A DNA stretch of 64,000 bases, from the NCBI GenBank assembly GCA_964016885.1, contig CAXHJY010000830.1, positions 1 to 64,000 on the forward strand, written 5' to 3'. The notes beneath the pieces were generated by a model. It ran no database searches, was not told the DNA's origin, and was given only the letters and a program-made list of their open reading frames with translations. Source of the DNA: Eledone cirrhosa (taxonomy: Eukaryota). The translations under genes were made by a program, and so were the position numbers. Positions 39,481 through 50,765 of the stretch are shown here, piece after piece. Positions within the stretch are counted from its first letter, which is position 1, and every line of letters starts with the position of its first letter.

Positions 39481-39735
39481 TAGAATATTTTGTGGTTGTA
39501 TATGATAGAGGTAGAAAATATAAGAGTTGGTAGTTAAAAGAAACCAGAAATATATCAACAACACAGTAGGAGGAAACATGAATTAATATAACAGGATTTC
39601 CAATTCTTCTAAGTACTAAAATAGAATATTTTGTGATTATATGTGAGAAAGTACAGGAGTGTCTGTAGTTAGAAGTAACCACAAATATATCGATAACATA
39701 GATCAGGAGGAGGTGAATTAACAGTTTCCAATTCA
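39481..39735. repeat. Old diverged tandem duplication (2 x ~115-125 bp)
   Basis: TAGAATATTTTGTG...GTAGTTA...AAATATATC...AGGAGGA...TGAATTAA...TTTCCAATTC occurs twice (from 39481 and 39622). Confidence 0.75.
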
Positions 39736-42195
39736 AATGGTTTTTTTTTTATTTATTTAGACTGAAAATAGGAGCAACAGAACAGTGCCAGCCTTTGGTG
39801 GTATGGGTCTAATTTGGGTGTTTCATATATATATATATCAGTTCTGAGTGATCAAATCACGATCCCCCGACCTGATCCCTCACAAAGGGTCAGCCTGTCT
39901 TACCCATGCTAGCATGGAAGATGGACGTTAAACACTGATGATATATATATTGCAATGTGCTGTAATGTGTACTTGATGAACCAATAGTAGATTACTCTAG
40001 CATAGGGTCCAATTGGCTTAGGTCTAGCAATGAGTGGCATTTAAAGGTATTCCCAGGCAAGTGACAGTGCAGCTAATGTTCAGTTTTAACATTGCTTGTA
40101 CAACTATACAACCTTTAACCCTTTCATTACTATATTTCAAATGAAAGACACTACCTGTAATTTTCAAACAAAAATTAAGAATTTTATGTGATTTAGTAAT
40201 TTCGTTATCAATCTTCCTATTAACGCTATTACCATAATTATTATGAAAGACAATGCATATGAGTGTCCAATATTTTTCTTTAATAATTGAAGGAATTTAG
40301 TAATATAATTAACTTTCTCGTTATTAAGTTGGAATTTGGAATAAAACTTAAACATTCTTATATACATGATGGAAGGTTTTTCAACAAAACAAACAGCTTT
40401 TTTTATATCATAGAACAAGAGGCAGTTTCAGGTGAGCTGGTATCAAAACAGTGAAACTGATGTTTGGAACATAAATGTTCTTACATAAAACAGTAGTATT
40501 ATTTTTTTAGATAGATATAAACACTTTAAAACAAAACAGTATTGTATCATAGAATCATAAGTAGTTTCAGGTGGCTTAGTATCATCAATTTAATATCAAA
40601 AGATTAAAGAAGGTTGCTAAAGAATGAATGTCTTCAAGCGTGCTTTGCTTCTTTAAGTTTGAAGAAGTGGCATAAAGTAATCCTCACTTGAAATAAGTAA
40701 TGTTTTTTGCATTGATACAATTAATCATTATCAAGTTGCTGGATACCTATTGATAGCTTTATTCTCACAATAAAGAAATTAAAGTAAAGACAAAAGAGGG
40801 GTGGTCATGCCATGTACATAAGAAATGTATTGTGTTAGTAGAGACCATGTGAAAGAGGAGATAGTCAGATGTGGCAGATTCACTGAGAAAGCTTCAAAAA
40901 GATAAATTTAGTATATAAAGCTACATGACAAACATTCTGCTAATAAGCCTGATTCAATATTGAGATCAATACAGGAAGTCAAGGAAACTGATGCTGACCT
41001 ACAATAACAAAAAACAAATTAACTATTAACATCATGAAATGATTTAGCATCTAATATCTAATAAGAATTTGTTAATTCAAACGTTTATCGTATCTTTACT
41101 AGTGAACAAATTATGAAAATTTGCAGTATTAGAGAAAATACTTTTTAATGTGATGCAGTCGCTGTGCTGCTTTTACTAATGTCGTTTTATGCAGTACAAT
41201 AGATTTAGAGTTATGATAGTTATAGAAATAAATTATCCAAGTGTACTGAAAGGAGAAATTAATTTTAAAGCTTTGAGCTAAAAGAAAGGCCTTGCTTAAA
41301 TTGATAAAACGTTCTTCTCATGACACCTGACATGATGCATTTCTTGAACTTTGTTTAATTTAAAATTACACCTGCTGAATATGAAATATAAATTTGCAAT
41401 GAAATACATGTGGAGACTTAATACACTGGACCGATCAATTATATCATGTGAAAAGGAGATGATTTAGCAACGAGCTAATAACCCTAACCTTTAAAGAGGC
41501 TTCTAGGCAATATAAGTTTACTAAGTAGATAAAATTAGTGCAACTGATCTTCAATTTTTATGCTAACAGATCAAGAGACTAGTTCTAAATGATGTTCTGT
41601 AAAGGACGGATTAAGTAAAGTTATTATTGTTTAGCTCCAGAACACTTCTGGCCAAGCAGACATTATGATCAAAAGCATTTTAAACATAATCATTCCAGTG
41701 GACTATATTATCTAATGAGTTCTTCCATTTTTAGGATAACAGGGTGTAATTTGAAGATGCTGCTGCTACTTTTACCATATTTAACACCTTTCTAGAGATT
41801 ATCTCAATTGCTCAGGTGAAGTGATTATTAGAGGAAGATAGTGGATGGTTGGTGTGAAGGGAAGAGTGGATGCAAATTACTTGGTGAGAAGAGAATGAAA
41901 ATATGTGGTGAAACTAGATGTCAGTTTAATTTATTTTTAATGCCATTAACTGGGTGTTTTAGTAGCTGGGACCGGACATTTATGATCTAAAAAACATAAC
42001 TAAAGAATACAGAGTATTATAAACCAGTCCTGATAGAAAACTGATAATCATGATAATGATGAAAATACTGATAAAAATTACAAAGATGATTTGAATCACT
42101 GAGGCCTCCAAACAAAGCAATGCACTGATACTCATTTCTCATCACAACATATTAAACACAGCACTAGTATTCAGATTAAAAAATACCAAGACTTA

Positions 42196-42367
42196 CATTA
42201 TTGGGGTGATCTGCTTTCCCACGTATGCATTGAAAGAAAGCCTCCTCAAAAACAGCCAGTCAACCAAGTATAAATCTGTTTCCTGATTTATACTTGGTTG
42301 AATGGCTGTTTTTGAGGATGCTTTCTTTCAATGCACACTTGGGAAAGCAGATTCACCCCCAATAATG
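42196..42367. repeat. Long inverted repeat (81/83-bp arms, 8-nt loop)
   Basis: 42196-42276 vs 42285-42367: 4 substitutions and 2 single-base indels. Confidence 0.92.
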
Positions 42368-45300
42368 ATATTTTTTAAAAGCTGAATGTCAGGGCTTCCA
42401 GGTAATTGTCCAGCATGCATATGTGATAACACAACCTTGTTAATGATGATAATAATAATAGTAATGAGTATAGTATATTAACTTATTGAAAACTATGCAG
42501 AGGTTTCTAAACAAGGCTTTACTCTTCCTGAACATGTTTTACAGGTAATAATATTTAAAAGAATTGTCTTACTACTACTACTACTACTACTACTGCTATT
42601 ATTAGCAGTAGTAGTAGTAGTAGGAGGAGGAGGAAACAAGACAAAATATTTCTTTCCAATTAACTACACAACAGCTAAATTATTTCCAAGATGTATCACA
42701 AGATTCTGGCAGAAATTCTTCCGCATGAGAGCTCTGCTTGTAGACAGATTTGATTTGTTATCAATGGCTGTGTAATCTTTCAGCCTTCCAGATATTTCAC
42801 AGATATTGTTATTTATGTATATGGACATAAAACAGCACAATACATTTCAACAAATTTAAAAGGAAAATTAATTGCAATGCTAAAATCCAATTAATAAGTA
42901 AAAGAAATGTATTCAGTCTACTTGTATATATTTATTTTAGATTTAGTAATTTTTAGCATTATTCCAAATATAATTAAGATGGAAATAACCATTAAAAGAT
43001 TATAAATTAATACTATATATTATTCTTTTTGTTTGTTATTAATATCAATTGACGAAAGTTAATATACAATCCTTTGTGACTTTATAACCAGTATTATCAA
43101 AATCATCACTCATTTTCCACGCTTTCATAGGTTTTACACAAGTTTGCTTCATCAGGTTTCTTCTATCATCAGTATAATCTTGTGATTACATCCTCAGCAT
43201 CAATATATGTGCATTATAACAAGGTTCATAACTGGATAACTACAGATATAGCATAGAGATAAATATAGACACAGACACAGTATATGTGAGAGATGGGAAT
43301 AAATTGAATGAAAAATAAAGACTAAAGGAGAGAAAGAAAGTGTAAGAAAGAAATAAGCAGTGAGAACAAGATATATGGAATGGGAGGGAGGGGGCATGAA
43401 AGATATTGAGAAAGAAAGGGGAATAGAGATAGAAAGACTTGACAGGGGTATAGGAAACGTAGCTTTGATTTCATGGTATTCCAATAGAAAACAAGAAAAT
43501 ATTAAATATCAAAAATGTTATCTAAGCAGAAGTTTAAACTAATTATGCATATTTAATGTATTAATTTCAGTTAACCAATCAGCTTTTACAGAGTTGAAAG
43601 CAAGAATTCACTTTGGCTATATATCAAAAAACACTTTAGGTTAATTGTCAAGAACAATAAAAAAGCATTATATTTTTAGTCCACTGTATCACCCATATAG
43701 CATTATGGCTAAGTTATTGAGGCTGATATATTGACCTAGCAGCATTCAAAGAGTTAAAGTAGTAAAGACTAAGACAAAGAGTAAAACTGCAACTACCATA
43801 AAATATGCATTCTTTGTGACCATTAAAATGTATCATGTGTTAATTAGAATCAATGTCTTTGTTATTCAAGCTCAATTTTAATACATGGTCTACTATCAGT
43901 TGTGAATAGATAAAGATTTAAAAAAGCAAAACATAATGAACCTCCTAGTGGTTCTCATCAATCATTTCAAAATAGTTATACAAAGTAACGAATTGAACGT
44001 TCAGAGTTGTACTTATTTGACAAATGACTTAGTGTGAGAACTGAAGAAATTACATCATGGAAGAGTCATTTTAGCTATCTAAAACACTCACAAACACTGT
44101 TATTCACTTTCTGTTCATTTTATGATGTATTAAACGTTTTGTGGCACTACTGCAACGTATTTACTGACACAATCCTACAACAGCTGCTGAAGAATTGTGC
44201 CAGTGACCAAGTTGTTTAGTGCAACTTTTTATTGATTTTGTGAAGTATCAAAATCTTGACTTAAGATAGCTTGAATGGGTTTTCCCCATTGAAACTGGTA
44301 TGTTTAAGATTCTATTTAAACATTTTAATTACAATATGGCATTTAATTGTAAAACATTGGCAATGAATATGCAACTAACTGGAGAGAAATGTGTCGAATG
44401 TATCCCATTTGATGTGCAAGTTTGGAAAGTTATTTGGTACTATAAGTATTAGCTGATGGTGTTAAGATGGGAGGACTGACTAGGTATAGATTTACATGCA
44501 AGTCAATAGATGATATATGTAGGATAACAATGTTGAGGTGATTGTTGGTGAACAGTGCCCAACAGAGACATGAAAAAGAAAAAAAATGTGTTCAATTTGG
44601 CAGTGCTAGACATCAGAGTAAATACTCTCTTAATACAATTAATTATTTTAAATAGGCTAACATGGAAAAAGAAACATTAAATATGAAACAAAATACAAAG
44701 AGGAAAAAATGATTATAGTGGTATCTTTTTTTCTATGCAGACACATTTTCCATTTCAACAAAATATTTTAGATGGTCTTCAAGCTTTAAACATATGCATT
44801 AACCTTGAAGATTAAAAACATGTTTACATACAATGAACTATCGGGTTAAAAAAAATATGTTTACAATTAGCTGATGCTTTTTTTTTTCATAAAACTAAAT
44901 ACAGAATATTAAAAAAATATATTGGAAATTTCAAAGTAAAAACTTCCTCTTGATATCTCTAATAGATCAAAATTGATATAAAAATTAAAATAAATTTATG
45001 AAAATAAGCACACCTCTCTAACACTTGCCCTATTTTTGGCACATTTATTCTCAAACAACCACATAATCAAAAGCAATAGGAATAATTTGTGGTAGTTAAA
45101 AATAGTTAAAATACAAGTGCCTCTTGAGAAAAAAAATTAAAACATTGGTTCCTTTTGATGAACCATGGAGACCTAATAAATTCAGACAAGGAGATGAAAA
45201 GGCACAGCATCCATACCTTGTATGCAAGCATTAGTAACATTAATTAGAATTTGAAACAGCTACATTTTCTTTTATCTGTTTATAAATAGATTCTGAAACT

Positions 45301-45529
45301 GGGGACTTTGCCCAAATTAGGTATCATAAAACAAGATAAGTTTTATTTTATTTATTTTTAATAAAATGATGGAGTCTTAAAAGACACTGAGTACTTAAGA
45401 TTTTGTGGTTTACACACTTTAATGCTGAAGTGCAATACTTATATTTGCAAAAGCCAGAAAGTTATATGGGCACAGACATAGTTAAGAATGCATATTTATT
45501 ATTTTTTTTTATTTTTGATATGTATATGA

Positions 45530-45665
45530 TGAGCTTCTGCTGTTTCCATCTACCAACTTTCACTCATGTGGCATTGGTCAACTCATGACTAGTGTTGTGC
45601 AGTGGGAATGAACTTGATTTCATGTGATTGCTAAACAAATCCCTGACACACATACCCATGCCACA
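45530..45665 (-). mobile_element. Degraded tRNA-derived SINE
   Basis: Reverse of GGCATGGGTATGTG...ATCACATGAAATCAAGTTCATTCCCACTGCAC; body similar to 19060-19190 and 48070-48195. Confidence 0.5.
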
Positions 45666-48064
45666 ACAAACAATTTCAATCACTGTGCCACATTACACAT
45701 ATGCCATGCTTGGGCCACAATTTGTTATATTTTTTTTCTATTTAAGAAAGAAATATCATGATATTTAAAATATTGAGTGTTTCTATTAGACTGCAATGCT
45801 GCATATGAATTCCTTTTCAGGAAAATTTACTGAGTGTACATATTTTTAAAACACATTTTCCATATAATAAAATGCTTAGTTTTAGTGGTTAAATCTGTGT
45901 GGTGTGGATGAAACTAGGTCAAAAATTATTGGATTAAGCATTCTATATAAAAATCTGGATCTTTTATTACTCAAGGGGAATGATTTTTTTTTTTAATTGC
46001 AAGAAATTAATCATTATATACACAGCATTGTGTATATGCATGTGTGTATGTGTAGGTGGGGATGAATGAATACTGTGGGTGTAAAAGTGTGTATCTCTTG
46101 AAGAGAGAAGTTTTTCCAGAGCTATGATCAATGAGTCTAACAGAATTTCCATTAACAGCTGGGATCACAATCAACATTATCAAATTATTGAGATAAAACT
46201 TCATTACATGTGTAATTAATTAAAGAAAAAGAAAAGATGTCAAAGTTTGAAAAAAAATATTTCTTTTAAATGAAATAAATAAAATTAAAAAAACTAAATA
46301 ATAAATCTAAGAATGAAGTGTGTCAAATAACACAAACTACAGTGACTTTAATTAAGAAATGAATATTTCTATATACCTGAAGCAAGCTTTCTACAGAAAC
46401 AATAATTACTACAGTAGAATAGTAAAAGGGAAAAAAGAAATAAGGATAGTACAGCAATATTTTCTGTGTATCGTAACATTATATATATATATTCATTTTG
46501 ATGTATTTATTCATTGATTGAAATATTCATGTATTTATCCTAAATTCTCTCCAACTCTGTTGATCCAAAAAAGATATTGGAGTAAAATAAAATGAGTGTG
46601 AATAAATTTACTTTTTGCTCTAAGCAGTTTTCTTTACAATGTAGTACAAGTGTATATTTTACAGAAGAACTTATAATTTCATACTCACAAACTTAAAATT
46701 TAATTATACATAGATTAATCAGTTGTTAAAAATTCATAAAAGACAATAATATTTTGACAAACAATAACAGAATTATAGAAAAAGAAAAAAAAACTAGTTA
46801 ATGACATTTTGTTTCAATGTTCTAAAGGACATAAAAATTTGTTGATGCAATTGGATTACAACTGAATTCCTTATACTCAAAGGCACTGAAAGTAATTTAG
46901 TAAAGCGAAACAAGATTGCAATTAAGTTGAGGGCTCAATCCCATAATTCAGGATGATGAGAGATTTTTCTAATATGCATGAATCACTTCTTGGGCCTCTG
47001 GACCCCAGACTGATGTATCAACTGAACTCACCACTTATAAATCCTATTTCTACTTGCTGTATACTCACATGTGAAGTAAGAAGGAAACTAACATATCATT
47101 TAGACAAACTATGGCTTTAGCAATAGAATCATTAAATGGTGAGTAGTGGAAAAGCTTAATTTGCTATCTTAAATCAGATGGATAAAATTATTAGGCAATT
47201 TGTAAAACTAAACATTATTAGCATATTTAAATGTGAGGATCGCATATTCAGCTTTCAGGAAACAAAGTCTTAATTATAGTTATTTCAATTATATTGCTAA
47301 TGCTTTTAGGAAATGCTATATCCTAAATGCAATGGATACAGTTATTAACAAAATGTAAATTTATTTGGGATTTATCACACTAGGGTGAATGGTAACAAAA
47401 ATACATTCATGTCCTTGAGTGCAACAATACAACCAATCATTATTTCACATGGCTAGGAAAATAATGCTCTAAATTTAAGTTTCTGAATTCTAGAAGCCAA
47501 TCTATCTAGGACTCTGAATAAATACTTGCATGAAGAATAGCCTACCTAGGGATGCAGGGACTTCATATGAAAATAGGTTGGAAGAGACATGAACTACATA
47601 AGCTATAGTAAAAGAAATATATTAATGCTGGTGCACCCAATCCACACTTTAAAGTGGCTGGTGACAAGAAAGATATCCAGCCCGTAAAACCATACTAAAA
47701 TTAATTATGTCTAATGTATGCAAGCATAGAAAAATGGACATAAAAATTAAGAAAAATGGACATAAAAATTATGCTGATGAAGTTCAATCATGAAATATAT
47801 TAGTCTAGAAAATATTTCCTCATTTTTTATACAAATATTAAGACAAATAAAATACTTTACACAAAGAATGTGACTTAATGCTCTTATGATATACTGAGTT
47901 TAGAAGAAGGATGTAAAATGATACTTGTCATTGTGATAGACTATGAACCTGGCCAGAATAGTAAAAAAGATAAACAAATATTTACTTACAAGAATTAAAC
48001 ATAAATCATTGACAGAAATTTGATTCACTTAATGACCTATTATTAAATACATATATGATCAACT

Positions 48065-48410
48065 TGAATATTCTGTGTGAATCTAGGTTCAGTTTCACAG
48101 CATGACACATTGGCTAAGTGTCTTCTTCTCTACTAGCCTTAGGCCAACAAATGCTTTGTGAATTAATTTGATAGATGAAAATAATGAGGAAGCAGACCAT
48201 TTGTATGTGAGCTTGTGCATTCAGCTTTGTATCAATGCAGTGACATTTATGGATTGCCTAAACAGTATATCATGCAGCTTAGTTTGATGAAGGTCAGCGG
48301 TATATACCAAAGTTTAAAATGTAATGCTTTGCATAGAAAAACTACCTAAAAGAGCCTTGTTGAATCAATGCTTGCATGGAAAAGCAGATGTAAAAATGGT
48401 GACAATGACG
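48065..48410 (+). mobile_element. SINE with tRNA-like head and RTE-type tail
   Basis: B-box-like GGTTCAGTTTC and a shared SINE body; ends ATGCTTGCATGGAAAAGCAGATGTAAAAATGGTGAC. Confidence 0.5.
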
Positions 48411-50019
48411 AAATAAAGAGAATTAATTAAAATTAGTTAAAATCAGTGAAGTAAAAGACAACCCTAAATAGTTTAATTAGACACTTTCTGTTGTAACCGA
48501 GATATATAAAATTTAAAACCTACTTCATCACATTCTGTTTCCCCTTATGCTAAGGAAATAAATATTTACTGTATTATTGCTTTATATTTCTGTGTAAAAT
48601 ATATATTGGTTAACTGAATTCAAAATTCAGTTCACATCAAAAGATTTTCCACTTTCAAAGATTAAATTAAAATTCAAGTTAAAAATATTCTAAAATAACT
48701 CAAGGTAAAATATGAGTAGCAACCAACCATGAAAAGATAATATCTAGATGATACTTCAGACACTAATGGTGCCTGTATAGAAAGCATTCATTTAGTAGAA
48801 AATTCTTGACTAGTCAACTTTTAACTGACAAGACTTTCTTCTTAGGAGTGTTTTTTGCTGCAAGGTAGAATTATATCATTAGGTCTTGTAGCAGAAAATC
48901 AGTCTGTGAAACATTTTTAGTTTAACAAAATTATGGAAGAAGAAAATTCGCAGTTCAAATAAGTAAAATCCCCAAGTCAAAAAATTCATTTCAAACTGAT
49001 TTGACAAGTGCGATAGAGAATAAGTTTGAAAAATTTCTTGTAAACATTGAAAGATAAGTCAATGTTATTGAAAGAGAAGAAAACAAAGGAAGAAATATAT
49101 TATTAAAGAAATACATTACAAACTTTAATCTCTATCTATTAAAGAAATCTGACAACAAAAATAAATAAAAAATATTTTCTTTTTAACAGAAGTATTTTCA
49201 AAATTGTGCACATAATTTTAGACCAACTTAAGTGGAAATTCTTAAGATATCTTGGGTTGGTGATGGAAAATGTTTTATTTTAGCAAAATGTAAATTCAAA
49301 ATAGGAGAGAAAATAAAAAAAATAAAAAATAGTTACTATTAAATAGTATTTTTCACTGTTTTCCTCACAATAGAAACATTTATCACAAGAATTTCACTAA
49401 AATAATTAAAGGTTCTGGAATCTATGCATATCAAGTTCAAATCAGAGAAAGATAGAGCAGGTGGGCCAGTTCACATGGGCCTACAATTTTGAGAGGAGCC
49501 TCCTTTAAGTTCTACTTATTTTATTCTATTCAGTTTGTAAGTACATTATGTACATTGCACTTACATGTATATATACATAACCCATGCATAAAATATATAC
49601 ATTTAGTACTGTTTACTAAAATATTTAGTGTGATTTAGAATGGGCCCTACATTTCATATCAGACTCAAATATCACAAGCTTGTTTGGGGAAAAGATGCTA
49701 GCTACATTTTACATCGTGCTTGAGCCCATCACAAGCTTGAGTAACAACATTTAAAATATAAATATTTCATTTTATTTGGAAAGAAACTTAAAATGATATG
49801 CATGAGAAAAAATGTATATCTTTCTAAAATACTCAGATGGTGAAGTTAATATAAAAGGAGAAGAACAAAAAATCACAATTTGTATGAAGTAGTTTGAATG
49901 TAACAGCAACAAAAAAAACAAACAAAAAAAAAACACTACTAGTAATGAGAGACAACTTATTAATACCTGAATATTTAAATAGTAATAAGCTTTAATAATT
50001 GTAACGTCTTTAGTATAAT

Positions 50020-50397
50020 TGTTCAATATGCACTCTTCATTGAATGTGCAATGTAAATGTGAGAGAAAAGCAGAGCTTCAATGAGGGAGAAACTGGGTTG
50101 GGCAAGGGGGAGTTAGAAGTGGTGAACAAGAGAGAAGACTATAATGGTATGGACATGTGATGTGCATGGATGATGATTGGTGGGTGAAGAAGTGGCAGGA
50201 AATCCCAGTTGAAGGAAGCCTCAGTAGAGGTAGACTAAGGAAGACATGGCCAGAGGTAGTGAGAACTGATCTCAAATCACTTAGATTCACAAAGCAGGTG
50301 ACGAAAGAATGCGATGAGTGGAGATATACTGTGCTGAAAAGGATCCATACAACCCGTGCAAGCATGGAAAAATGGAGGTAAAAGTGAGGATGAATAA
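50020..50397 (+). mobile_element. RTE LINE 3' fragment, short-3'UTR subfamily
   Basis: RRL*WYGHVMCMDDDWWVKKWQEIPVEGSLSRGRLRKTWPEVVRTDL; terminal ACCCGTGCAAGCATGGAAAAATGGAGGTAAA. Confidence 0.85.
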
Positions 50398-50765
50398 TCT
50401 GAAGAGTATGTTCAAACATTTTAACATTATGGAGTGTTTACAAAAAAAAAAAAAAAAAAAACAGTGTGAAGAGAATGACAATAGCTATGTCTAAGACAAT
50501 AATTTATCAGACTATTAATATTATCCCTAGAGATAAAACATGTTTTAATATTTAGATCTACACAATGCTTTGATTGGTTTTGGTTACAGCTATGACCAAC
50601 TTCAAGTGTCTTATTCTTTGCTATGTACATATTACTGAACTTTGTTCAAAGATCTGATAAAGGTGACACTGGGAGGCCTCTAAAAGTCAGAATACAGAAT
50701 CTTTGAAGAGCTGTCATTATAATTAAATCAGCTTTTACACCTCTAGCAAATAAAAGAAATTGTTA

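Noticed and set aside
40115-40606. Possible TTAA-flanked MITE (TTAACCCTTT...AAAAGATTAA)
   Set aside because: Terminal match too degenerate to support a call
42520-42550. + strand TTTTACAG|GTAAT recursive-splice-like site (similar near 34395 and 38594)
   Set aside because: Expected by chance in 64 kb of AT-rich DNA; opposite strand to the best exon candidates
47774-47800. CTGATGA...GAAA hammerhead-like core (also 63432-63450)
   Set aside because: No stem II or III pairing; the first overlaps an RTE (TGA)n tail
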